A DNA stretch of 64,000 bases, taken from assembly GCA_965214095.1 (NCBI GenBank), contig OZ243938.1, forward strand, positions 3,680,001-3,744,000. The letters are read 5' to 3'. The translations under genes and the position numbers were made by a program. This DNA comes from Candidatus Poribacteria bacterium. GTDB taxonomy: Bacteria > Poribacteria > WGA-4E > WGA-3G. A model generated the notes under the pieces. That model saw nothing but the letters and a program-made list of their open reading frames with translations. It had not been told where the DNA came from and searched no databases. Position 1 is the stretch's first letter. Each line of letters begins with the position of its first letter. This document shows, piece by piece, positions 40,103-49,532 of this stretch.

Positions 40103-40672
40103 ATGAATGCACAAGAAGTTCAATACATCACACCCAACAGTCTTCCACCTGATATTCCACAGATGACATTGGAGGAGTTCCTTGAAAGTGATTTAGAGGG
40201 CTATGAATATATAAAAGGAGAATTAATTCCGATGGCACCAGCGTCAGTGGAACATGGTAGGATTAGTGCTAAGTTAACTATTTATTTAGGATCTTATATT
40301 CATGAAAATCGGTTAGGATGTATTGCAGTTTCTGGTACAGGATTCAAGGTTGGTGAACGCGCACTGATACCAGATATTGCATTTATTTCAACTGATCGTA
40401 TCCCAGCTGACAGTAGCAAAGCGTCTCCAGTACCACCAGACCTTGCAGTAGAGGTAGTTTCTCCTTCAGACTCGTCTCATAAAGTTGAAGAAAAGGCATT
40501 TACCTATCTTGAAGAAGGCACCAAATTGGTATGGGTGATTAAACCGACCTCCAAAACCGTAACTGTATATCGTTCTGAAACGGATATTACACTGCTAACA
40601 CAGAATGACACACTAAGCGGGGAAGAGGTAGTTGAGGGATTCTCCTGTCAAGTTGCAGAACTTTTTGAATAA
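40103..40672 (+). CDS. Uma2 family endonuclease-like protein (tandem paralog)
   Basis: Same motifs and the same 189-aa length as 39419..39988. Confidence 0.92.
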   Translation: MNAQEVQYITPNSLPPDIPQMTLEEFLESDLEGYEYIKGELIPMAPASVEHGRISAKLTIYLGSYIHENRLGCIAVSGTGFKVGERALIPDIAFISTDRIPADSSKASPVPPDLAVEVVSPSDSSHKVEEKAFTYLEEGTKLVWVIKPTSKTVTVYRSETDITLLTQNDTLSGEEVVEGFSCQVAELFE

Positions 40673-40711
40673 AAAACATAAAATACTGTTCTATAAGAAA
40701 GGAAAACATTA

Positions 40712-41161
40712 ATGTTAATTGCAGATGTAAATGAAATTGAGGGGCGGACATATCCTGCCCGTAGACGCACCAGAAATCTTGTTGGTGGTGCATCCCCTAT
40801 TCAGATAAAGGAATTCAGCATGGGGTTCGTCGTTTTAGAACCGAATGGTGGACAAGTCCCATGGCACAATCACGAACAGGAAGAGATTTACTTTATTGTT
40901 GAAGGTGAAGGGGAAATGTGTCTTGGTGAAGAACGGCAAACGATTTCTGCTGGACAAACAGTTTTTATTCCATCGTGGGTTTTCCACCAGTTGACGAATA
41001 CCAGTGATGCACCTATGCACATGGTCTACTGCTATGGACCAGCAGGAGATGTTGATCATTGGAAACAGGAACTTGCTGGTACACTACCGAAAGCGGGAAT
41101 AGATGTTCCTGCACTCCCAGAAGGTGCAGCACCTCAATGTACGGACAAACCCAAGGATTAG
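40712..41161 (+). CDS. Cupin domain protein
   Basis: PWHNHEQEEIYFIVEGEG...GQTVFIP...HQLTN. Confidence 0.9.
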   Translation: MLIADVNEIEGRTYPARRRTRNLVGGASPIQIKEFSMGFVVLEPNGGQVPWHNHEQEEIYFIVEGEGEMCLGEERQTISAGQTVFIPSWVFHQLTNTSDAPMHMVYCYGPAGDVDHWKQELAGTLPKAGIDVPALPEGAAPQCTDKPKD

Positions 41162-41162
41162 T

Positions 41163-41298
41163 TATACCAATTCTAAAAATAAAGTTGCATTATGAGATTT
41201 ATTAGGCATTGTGAATGTCCGAGGCGCAATGAATTGCGCGGCTACAAGCGCGTTTTTTCTTAATGTGAAGTGTAATGTTAATTTTAGATTTTACTATA
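41163..41298. mobile_element. TA-bounded MITE carrying a GTAGCCGCGCAATTCATTGCGC REP
   Basis: Right half is the reverse complement of 7512..7580; ends TTTTACTATA. Confidence 0.65.
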
Positions 41299-41312
41299 AA
41301 TAAGGATTATTA

Positions 41313-42482
41313 ATGACCAACCATACCCCTAATACACATCGTGTGGGAATCATAATGAATGGTGTCACAGGTAGGATGGGAACAAATCAACACCTCATCC
41401 GTTCTATTTTATCCATTGCAGAAGATGGTGGTATCCCAATTGGTGATGGCGATGTGATTATGCCTGACCCATATCTTGTTGGGAGAAATCCAGCGAAACT
41501 TGAGAAACTATCTGAATCCACAGGTGTGGAAAAGTGGAGCACAGACCTTGACGTTGCCCTCGCTGATGATAACTATTCTGTCTATTTTGACGCACAAGTT
41601 ACATCGCTACGAGTGAAGGCAGTGCAAGCAGCGATTTCAGCTGGAAAACATATCTATTGTGAAAAACCAACTGCAACCAGCACAGATGATGCATATTCAT
41701 TATATGAACAGGCTGCAAAAGCAGGACTGAAAAACGGTGTTGTTCAGGATAAACTTTGGTTGCCGGGAATTCAGAAATTGAAACGTCTGATTGATGCTGA
41801 TTTTTTTGGTAGAATCATCGCTGTTCGTGGTGAATTCGGATATTGGGTTTTTCAGGGGGATGCAATTCCGACACAACGTCCATCATGGAACTATCGATCA
41901 GAAGATGGTGGTGGAATAATCCTTGATATGTTTAGTCACTGGCGATATGTTTTGGACAATCTATTTGGGGCAGTGAAAGGTGTTTCTTGTATTGCTACGA
42001 CACATCTACCGCAACGATGGGATGAGTCTGATGAGATGTATGAATGTACTGCGGAAGATGCCGCGTATGCTACCTTTGAAATAGAAAATGGTATAATTGC
42101 ACATTTTAACTCATCATGGGCAGTACGGGTAAGACGTGATGATCTGTTAACGATACATGTGGATGGCATAAATGGTTCTGCTGTTGCTGGATTGAGAGAT
42201 TGTTGGATTCAACCGATCTCTGGCACACCGCGTCCTGTCTGGAATCCCGATATTGAACAACCGATTGACTTTTTTGATGGATGGCTCAAAGTGCCAGAAC
42301 AGGAAACCTACGAAAATGCATTCAGGGCACAGTGGGAGTTGTTTCTACGTCATGTTGTTGCTGATGAACCTTTTCCGTGGACACTACTTGAAGGTGCAAA
42401 AGGTGTACAGTTGGCAGATAAAGGTATGGAATCTTGGCAGGCTCGAAAGTGGATAGAATTGCCTGAACTCTCAGCACTATAA
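41313..42482 (+). CDS. Gfo/Idh/MocA family oxidoreductase
   Basis: GIIMNGVTGRMG, GKHIYCEKP, GGGIILDM..H. Confidence 0.92.
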   Translation: MTNHTPNTHRVGIIMNGVTGRMGTNQHLIRSILSIAEDGGIPIGDGDVIMPDPYLVGRNPAKLEKLSESTGVEKWSTDLDVALADDNYSVYFDAQVTSLRVKAVQAAISAGKHIYCEKPTATSTDDAYSLYEQAAKAGLKNGVVQDKLWLPGIQKLKRLIDADFFGRIIAVRGEFGYWVFQGDAIPTQRPSWNYRSEDGGGIILDMFSHWRYVLDNLFGAVKGVSCIATTHLPQRWDESDEMYECTAEDAAYATFEIENGIIAHFNSSWAVRVRRDDLLTIHVDGINGSAVAGLRDCWIQPISGTPRPVWNPDIEQPIDFFDGWLKVPEQETYENAFRAQWELFLRHVVADEPFPWTLLEGAKGVQLADKGMESWQARKWIELPELSAL

Positions 42483-42701
42483 ACGAAGGTAGTGAAGATT
42501 TTCGTGCCATCCTTCTCATCTTTACGTTTCCATTTACAAAAATCCGCGTCCTCTGTGTCTTCCGCGATTCAGACAAAATGTTGCGTACTCCAGAGAGATA
42601 TCGTATAATAGAATCTGACTTAAACATTCTGTTGTAGGTGGGATGTGCATTGAGTTATAACGTTTCCTACACTCAAATTTTTTCTAAGGAGAGTATCTTA
42701 C

Positions 42702-43307
42702 ATGGCGTATAGCAATTTTACCTTAGAGGAAGCGTGCAAGATATTTCACCTCAAAACAGACGAAGCTGCTGGCATCTTTGCGAATGTAGAACCTGTTCCC
42801 CCAAGTACACTTCTCACCACGGTGTTGGAGCGAAATGTGCCATTAGCGTTTGCTATAGGCACTGAGAAGGCAAAATCAGAACTGATTGTTGCCTTCGTTC
42901 TGGTTGAGCTCCGGGAACACTTTGAGCGACGCATCAGTTTTTTTTCTGGGATTGACTTTAACGTGGATGCCGAAGACGGGCTCACCGGGGTTTGCGATTT
43001 TTTGGTAAGCTTATCTCCGGAACAGTTTTATTTGGAAGCCCCTGCCCTAATCCTCGTTGAGGCAAAAAAGGATGATCTGACATCAGGACTCGGTCAGTGC
43101 GTTGCGGAAATGGTCGCTGCACAACGTTTTAACGCAGAAGAAGGGAATGACATCGCTTGCATTTATGGAACCATCACATCCGGGATAGATTGGCTTTTCC
43201 TCAAATTGGAGGGAAAGAAACTCTACATTGACATGAATGCCTATCAAATTTCACAGTGCGATACGATCCTGGGGATTCTCGCAAGTATGGTGGCACAAAA
43301 AGCGTGA
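42702..43307 (+). CDS. Conserved hypothetical protein with a PD-(D/E)XK restriction-endonuclease-like motif
   Basis: MAYSNFTL..., G.CDF...LVEAKK...GLGQC.AEM.AAQ.FN, IYG.ITSG..W.FLKL. Confidence 0.7.
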   Translation: MAYSNFTLEEACKIFHLKTDEAAGIFANVEPVPPSTLLTTVLERNVPLAFAIGTEKAKSELIVAFVLVELREHFERRISFFSGIDFNVDAEDGLTGVCDFLVSLSPEQFYLEAPALILVEAKKDDLTSGLGQCVAEMVAAQRFNAEEGNDIACIYGTITSGIDWLFLKLEGKKLYIDMNAYQISQCDTILGILASMVAQKA

Positions 43308-43346
43308 GAAAAATAAATAATAAAGTACACAGTGGAAAGGACCATC

Positions 43347-44801
43347 ATGGCACAAAACATAACACTCCAAAAAATAGATGATTACAGGTGGCGTATTCCT
43401 AAAAGTTATATGAAAGGTATGCGTGTTGACGGAATTATCTATGCCAATGAGAAACTTCTGAATCAGGCAAAAAGTAATGAAGCATTGCAGCAAGTTGCAA
43501 ACGTCGCACATCTTCCCGGTATCGTTAAACACTCACTTGCCATGCCAGACTTACATTGGGGATACGGGTTTGTGATTGGTGGCGTGGCAGCAACGGATCC
43601 AAAAGCCGATGGTGTTGTTTCTCCCGGTGGCATCGGTTATGACATTAATTGCGGGGTGCGATTAATCCGAAGCAACCTTAATGCCAAACAATTAGAAGGT
43701 AAAACCAAAGGACTCATCGGTGAACTCTTTGACAATGTCCCTTGCGGTGTGGGTTCCAAAGGTAAGATTCAACTCTCACTCAATGAAGAACGGTATATGT
43801 TAGAAAAAGGTGCAAGTTGGGCAATTGAGCGAGAATACGGACATCCGCAAGATCTGCAATATACTGAAGCATCTGGTTTTCTTGATCACGCCAACGCAGA
43901 CGCTGCGAGCCAGCGCGCTTTAGAACGTGGTAAGAATCAACTGGGTACTCTCGGTTCAGGTAATCATTTCCTTGAGGTACAAGTGGTTGACCGTATCTTT
44001 TACCGTGAAGCTGCGGATGCGATGGGTTTGAGTGAAGGCAACGTCTGTGTCATGATTCATACCGGTTCACGTGGATTCGGTTATCAGATTTGTGATGAGC
44101 ATGTTAAGAGTTGGGTTCAGGTTGCTGAAAGGTATGGGATAAACCTACCTGACCGTCAACTTGCTTCTGCTCCAATCAACTCGCCAGAGGGACAAGATTA
44201 TATTACTGCTATGGCGTGTAGTGCGAATTATGCGTGGAACAATCGGCAATGTATTATGCACCTTGTTCGACAGACCTTTATGAAGTATTTTGATACGACA
44301 GAAGATGAGCTCGGTTTGGAACTTGTCTATGATGTCGCACACAACATCGGTAAGTTTGAAAAGCATAAAGTTGATGGTAAGGAACGCGAGTTGTTTATCC
44401 ACCGCAAAGGTGCGACCCGTGCGTTTCCTGCTGGACATCCAGAAATACCTGCAAAATATCAAAAGGTCGGACAACCTGTGTTGATACCTGGTGATATGGG
44501 AACTGCATCTTACGTTTTGGTGGGTAATCCGGGTGCGATGGCTGAGACATTTGGCACAACATGTCACGGTGCGGGTAGGGTGCTCTCACGCAGGAAAGCG
44601 ATAGAGTTGACTAAAGGAAAATCCATCAAGGATGATCTTGAGAAGAAAGGGATCTATGTGCGTGCCGAAGGCAAACGCACCTTACAGGAAGAGGTGTCTG
44701 AGGCATATAAGGATGTTGATGAGGTAGTGCGAGTTGTTGATGAAGCGGGATTATCTCGTCGTGTTGCGCGCCTTCGTCCGATTGGGGTTGTGAAGGGGTA
44801 A
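43347..44801 (+). CDS. rtcB: RtcB RNA ligase (long, archaeal/eukaryote-like type)
   Basis: MPDLHWGYGF, GYDINCG, LGSGNHF, HTGSRG, HRKGATRA, CHGAGR, AYKDVD. Confidence 0.95.
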   Translation: MAQNITLQKIDDYRWRIPKSYMKGMRVDGIIYANEKLLNQAKSNEALQQVANVAHLPGIVKHSLAMPDLHWGYGFVIGGVAATDPKADGVVSPGGIGYDINCGVRLIRSNLNAKQLEGKTKGLIGELFDNVPCGVGSKGKIQLSLNEERYMLEKGASWAIEREYGHPQDLQYTEASGFLDHANADAASQRALERGKNQLGTLGSGNHFLEVQVVDRIFYREAADAMGLSEGNVCVMIHTGSRGFGYQICDEHVKSWVQVAERYGINLPDRQLASAPINSPEGQDYITAMACSANYAWNNRQCIMHLVRQTFMKYFDTTEDELGLELVYDVAHNIGKFEKHKVDGKERELFIHRKGATRAFPAGHPEIPAKYQKVGQPVLIPGDMGTASYVLVGNPGAMAETFGTTCHGAGRVLSRRKAIELTKGKSIKDDLEKKGIYVRAEGKRTLQEEVSEAYKDVDEVVRVVDEAGLSRRVARLRPIGVVKG

Positions 44802-44877
44802 ATATATCAAATATTTGTTTTATTTTAAGACGCGCATACGATTCATCCTAATGATTCTGTATGAAGAAAACAGGACC

Positions 44878-45357
44878 TTATTCCATATAAAACAGATGGC
44901 TGCGTTCAAAAACACCATCAAGTTTTACCTCTACAATCCAGTAACCTGATGCAAACCGTTCCCCACTCAATCCGCCTGTCGGAGCATCAATATAAAACCA
45001 TGTGATCTTCTCTCCTGTTGTGGAGGAAAAAGTTCTTTTTTCTGTATGATATGGGGGATCGTCCAAATCATCAGCAGGAGAGATCCATGATACCTCCACT
45101 TGGTGTGTATCATCAATATTTCCCCATAAAATCCATAAGAACACCTTATCATCTAATTCTGAATCAAATGAATCAGTAATATCTTGCGGTCTGTCATTTG
45201 TAACTTCAACAGCCATAACAGAGTCTATTATTTTCGGTTCGCCTCTTGCAACATCAATAACCCCGCTACCGCCAGATGTAGTTTCTTCACAACCCGTCAA
45301 CACAAAGGTAAATGCAACCAACAGTATTGCGCTAAATGTAATATAGTAAGACTTCAT
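44878..45357 (-). CDS. Lipoprotein of unknown function (Ig-like beta-rich)
   Basis: Lipobox LTGC; G.W.VEV.LDG strand. Confidence 0.7.
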   Translation of the reverse strand: MKSYYITFSAILLVAFTFVLTGCEETTSGGSGVIDVARGEPKIIDSVMAVEVTNDRPQDITDSFDSELDDKVFLWILWGNIDDTHQVEVSWISPADDLDDPPYHTEKRTFSSTTGEKITWFYIDAPTGGLSGERFASGYWIVEVKLDGVFERSHLFYME

Positions 45358-45472
45358 TTTAAATTCTCCTACAACAATAGTATATTCTGATTGTTAACAC
45401 ATATAAATGTAAACGTAGTTTGTTCTTTTAGGTTTACATACCAATATTCATTTTCAAGTGTTATATTATTGA

Positions 45473-45501
45473 TTGACAAAGACAATCATAAGATGTAAAA
45501 T
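45473..45501 (+). promoter_or_regulatory. sigma70 promoter upstream of the ThuA-PhyH-argH-pyrF-sulfatase run
   Basis: TTGACA-17 bp-TAAAAT. Confidence 0.65.
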
Positions 45502-45558
45502 TAAGGAAAATATATTGTCGTTTATAGGATTATACACAATAAGAATCAAGGAGCGTAT

Positions 45559-46362
45559 ATGTCAACAAAAACAAGAATAGTGTTCGTTGCTGGTGGTGCA
45601 AGTCATGGAAGTGGTTCGCATGAACATCCAGGCGGATGTGAATTTTTAGCAGATCAATTGAACAAAGCCATTGAAGGTATGGATGCAGTTGTTCATCAAG
45701 GATGGCCCTCAGAACCAACGATTTTTGACAGGACAGATGCCATAATTGTCTACTCGGATGGTGGTGGCGGACATCTATGTATTCCTCATCTTGAACAGAT
45801 TTCAGAATTAACATCTAAAGGCATGGGGCTTGCAATGCTTCACTATGCCGTTGAAGTGCCGAAGGGTGATCCGGGGAATTGTTTCCTTGATTGGATCGGT
45901 GGTTATTTTGAGACACATCTGTCTGTGAATCCACACTGGACAGCAGAATTCACATCATTTCCAGAACATCCAATAACACAAGGATTGAAGCCGTTTTCTT
46001 CGGACGATGAATGGTATTATCACATGCGGTTTCGTGATAATATGAACGGTGTAACACCTGTCTTGAGTGCAATTGCTCCAGATTCAACAATGACAAGACC
46101 TGATGGTCCTCATAGCGGCAATCCACATGTTCGTGCCTCCGTTGCGAACAAGGAACTACAACATCTTGGGTGGTGTGTAGAACGTCCGGATGGTGGACGC
46201 GGATTCGGTTTTACAGGTGGTCATTATCATAAGAATTGGGGTGATGATAACATTCGTAGGTTTATCCTCAACGCAATTGCTTGGACTGCAAGCGTGGATA
46301 TTCCAGAAGGTGGTATCTCAACATCTACTCCGACAGAAAAAGAATTGAATTCGTATCTGTAA
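45559..46362 (+). CDS. ThuA-like (class I glutamine amidotransferase-like fold) protein
   Basis: SHGSGSHEH, HPITQGL.PF...DEWYYHMRF, GRGFGFTGGHYH.NW. Confidence 0.85.
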   Translation: MSTKTRIVFVAGGASHGSGSHEHPGGCEFLADQLNKAIEGMDAVVHQGWPSEPTIFDRTDAIIVYSDGGGGHLCIPHLEQISELTSKGMGLAMLHYAVEVPKGDPGNCFLDWIGGYFETHLSVNPHWTAEFTSFPEHPITQGLKPFSSDDEWYYHMRFRDNMNGVTPVLSAIAPDSTMTRPDGPHSGNPHVRASVANKELQHLGWCVERPDGGRGFGFTGGHYHKNWGDDNIRRFILNAIAWTASVDIPEGGISTSTPTEKELNSYL

Positions 46363-46435
46363 TAGTTGTTTATTTGTAACGGTATCTGAGAAAAGGATAG
46401 GGTCAAACCCATGTTTGGCAACTCAGGAGTTAAAT

Positions 46436-47290
46436 ATGGATCAAGAACAACTTGATTATCTATTTGATCTACAAGGTTATCTTGTTTTAGAAAATGCAAT
46501 TTCCCAAGAGGATCTTGATAAGATAAACGAATGGATTGATGCACATTGGGACTATGTTGAGGAACCGTGGGAACCAGACTCTGATAATAGACGTATTCCG
46601 AAATGGATTGGCAATATTGAAACGCATACCTATAACATTGAGAATGGTGTCAATTTTCAGAATATCATTGAGGGTGGCGAGGTATTTGAAAAATTAATTG
46701 ACCATCCCGCGTGGGTAAATCACATTAGGAAATATGTTCATGAGGTGAATGGTTTATCCATACACGAGAATTTCCTGAATGTGCGTGGTCCCGGTGGTTT
46801 CATTCATATTCACTGCGGGGGACATGTGCCGTTGAGTTATTTGACATTTCGTCAAATCAATACAGGTGAATGGCTTGTTGGACAGATTAATGTCTTGATG
46901 GCAATTAACGATATTGGCCCCGGAGACGGTGCTCCTGTATTAATTCCCGGTAGTCATAAATCTGCTGAGATTCACCCGCGTTTGAAACATGATGGGAAAG
47001 GCATAGTCTACGATGGCATTAGCGGAAAACCTGCTGGTACTGCCTTTGCTACACAAGAGGTGCATTTGAAGGCAGGGGATGTTGTGATGTTCACAGATGC
47101 CATTACACACGGCTCTGCAGAACGGACTAATCCTGGGTATCGTAGGTCAATTGTCTATCGTTATTCACCTAAATATGTCCGTGAACGTTTTGACTATCCG
47201 CATTCACATGAGTTGTTAGGTCGATTGACACCTGATCAACGTAAGATTATCCAACCGAATGCGCCACGTAGACCTCCGCAAGTTGGGTAA
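46436..47290 (+). CDS. PhyH-family Fe(II)/2-oxoglutarate-dependent oxygenase with atypical HxG metal motif
   Basis: FDLQGYLVLENA, PGGFIHIHCGG, DG...LIPGSHK, AGDVVMF...ITHGS...R; RBS AGGAG before ATG 46436. Confidence 0.88.
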   Translation: MDQEQLDYLFDLQGYLVLENAISQEDLDKINEWIDAHWDYVEEPWEPDSDNRRIPKWIGNIETHTYNIENGVNFQNIIEGGEVFEKLIDHPAWVNHIRKYVHEVNGLSIHENFLNVRGPGGFIHIHCGGHVPLSYLTFRQINTGEWLVGQINVLMAINDIGPGDGAPVLIPGSHKSAEIHPRLKHDGKGIVYDGISGKPAGTAFATQEVHLKAGDVVMFTDAITHGSAERTNPGYRRSIVYRYSPKYVRERFDYPHSHELLGRLTPDQRKIIQPNAPRRPPQVG

Positions 47291-47302
47291 GACCTGATAA
47301 AC

Positions 47303-48793
47303 ATGAAAACCTCACATAAAACACTTTGGAGTGGACGATTTAGTTCAAATCTTACTTCAGAAACAGTCGCCTTCACACACTCTATTGAAGCAGATATACG
47401 TCTTATCGGATACGATATATGGGGAAGTCAAGCACATGCGATTATGCTTGCCCGGCAAAATATTATATCCGATGCTGATCTAAAAGAGATACTCTATTGG
47501 CTACGCAAAGCAGAGGATGATTACCAAAACGGAACATTAACTCTTGATCCAAATAAAGAAGATGTGCACATGAATGTGGAGTCTTATCTGATAGAGAATG
47601 CAAGGATTGAATTCGGTGGAAAGTTGCATACTGCACGGTCTCGTAATGATCAAGTACTTGTTGATGCGCGACTCTATATTCGGGATGAGATTCTGAATGT
47701 CAATCGTGGTATTTCTACACTGTGTGATGCATTTCTAAGTATTGCAAAAGAACATGTTGATACGGTCATGCCGGGGTATACGCATACGCAACACGCACAA
47801 CCGATAAGTCTCGGTTTCTGGGCAACTGCTTATGTGAGTATGTTTCTCAGAGACCAAAAACGTTTACAGGCAGCTTACGAACTTGTCAACACAAATCCTC
47901 TTGGTGCGTGCGCGCTTGCTGGTACAACCTTCCCTATTGACAGAAACATTACCACAGATCTACTCGGTTTTGATTCCACACATGAACATGCACTTGATGT
48001 TATCAGTAGTCGGGATTTCATTGCAGAAACGCTCTTTGCTTTGTCTCTTATAATGGCAAATTTATCACGAATTAGCGAAGAATTAGTCTATTGGACAACT
48101 TACGAATTCGGTATTGCAGAACTTGACGATGCGTATAGTTCGGGAAGTTCCATTATGCCGCAAAAAAAGAATGCGGACATTGCGGAACTGACGCGCGGAC
48201 GTACAGGACGTGTTTATGGGGCATTGATGGATCTGTTGACCAACCTAAAAGGATTGCCTTTAGGTTACAACCGAGATTTTCAAGAGGATAAACCACCACT
48301 GTGGGAAGCGTTTGATATTGTGAAGGCATGTCTCGGTATTCTACCAAATCTGCTCAATACAACTGAATTCAAGACGGATCGTATGACCGATTTAGTAAAT
48401 GCAAACTTTGCTACTGCCACTGAGTTAGCAAATTATCTGGTGAAAGAGCATCAGATTAGTTTCCGTGAGTCTCACGAGATTGTAGGGTGGATTGTTGGGG
48501 AGTTGGTTCAACAAGAGCAGACGTTCTTGGATTGGGAATTAACCCAAAACCTTCTGAAACAGAAAGATATAGATTTACCTATATCTGAACTGCAGCAGAT
48601 TTTGGACGCAGAATTGGCAATTCAGAATAACCAGAGTCTTGGTGGCACTTCACCCGCGGAGGTGTCTCGGATGATAGATAGTTTTGAGGAACAACTGAAC
48701 GAGAATGCAAAGCACATCTACACTTGTCAGACGCAAATTGAAAATGCGATAAACGAGACACAACGAATCGTAGAAGAGACATTAGCGGAATAA
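47303..48793 (+). CDS. argH: Argininosuccinate lyase
   Basis: LWSGRF, HTARSRNDQV, MPGYTHTQHAQP, GSSIMPQKKN. Confidence 0.97.
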   Translation: MKTSHKTLWSGRFSSNLTSETVAFTHSIEADIRLIGYDIWGSQAHAIMLARQNIISDADLKEILYWLRKAEDDYQNGTLTLDPNKEDVHMNVESYLIENARIEFGGKLHTARSRNDQVLVDARLYIRDEILNVNRGISTLCDAFLSIAKEHVDTVMPGYTHTQHAQPISLGFWATAYVSMFLRDQKRLQAAYELVNTNPLGACALAGTTFPIDRNITTDLLGFDSTHEHALDVISSRDFIAETLFALSLIMANLSRISEELVYWTTYEFGIAELDDAYSSGSSIMPQKKNADIAELTRGRTGRVYGALMDLLTNLKGLPLGYNRDFQEDKPPLWEAFDIVKACLGILPNLLNTTEFKTDRMTDLVNANFATATELANYLVKEHQISFRESHEIVGWIVGELVQQEQTFLDWELTQNLLKQKDIDLPISELQQILDAELAIQNNQSLGGTSPAEVSRMIDSFEEQLNENAKHIYTCQTQIENAINETQRIVEETLAE

Positions 48794-48808
48794 ACTCTAT
48801 ATGGAGAA

Positions 48809-49528
48809 ATGAAATTGAAGAACAAATTGATAGTTGCACTGGATATGGATGACGGTGAAGAAATTGATTGGCTATCTGGAACGCTCATGGATATAGTCGG
48901 TTGGTTTAAGATGGGCTTTCAAGCGTTCAGTACGCTTGGTATGGAAGCTTTTCCATGGTTCAAACAGAACGGATATAGAACTTTTGTTGACCTGAAATTC
49001 CACGACATCCCGAACACAGTAGCGCGTGATGTCGGCATGATGACGAAACATGGCGCAAATATGATTAACATGCATGCTTCCGGTGGACTTGAGATGATGC
49101 AAACTGCAAGAAGCAGCGCAGATGATGCCGCATACAAAGCAAGTATTCCAAGACCTATTCTACTCGGTGTGACAATTCTGACGAGTATTGATGAAACCGG
49201 ATTTCAGCAAAATTTCGGTTCAGAACGGCAACTGACAGACCAAGTAGTCTTTCTCGCACAATTAGCACAGGCAGCCGGATTAGACGGTGTTGTGGCATCC
49301 CCGTTGGAGATTGAACCGATACGAAAAGCATGCGGTGACAAATTTTTGATAGTCACACCAGGGATACGACCGGAATGGGCAGAGATAGGAGATCAACGGC
49401 GCATTACAACACCTGCTGAAGCCATAAATCGTGGAGCAGACTTCATTGTTGTTGGAAGACCGATTATTGAAGCTGATAATCCGTCAGAGGCAGCTGAAAG
49501 AATTTTAGATGAAATGAAAGGGGTATAA
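48809..49528 (+). CDS. pyrF: Orotidine-5'-phosphate decarboxylase
   Basis: IVALD, DLKFHDIPNTV, VTPGIRP, VVGRPI. Confidence 0.97.
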   Translation: MKLKNKLIVALDMDDGEEIDWLSGTLMDIVGWFKMGFQAFSTLGMEAFPWFKQNGYRTFVDLKFHDIPNTVARDVGMMTKHGANMINMHASGGLEMMQTARSSADDAAYKASIPRPILLGVTILTSIDETGFQQNFGSERQLTDQVVFLAQLAQAAGLDGVVASPLEIEPIRKACGDKFLIVTPGIRPEWAEIGDQRRITTPAEAINRGADFIVVGRPIIEADNPSEAAERILDEMKGV

Positions 49529-49532
49529 CTGT

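Noticed and set aside
39419-40672. Diversity-generating retroelement TR/VR pair
   Set aside because: Both copies are full ORFs, differences are not limited to adenines, and there is no reverse transcriptase in the window.
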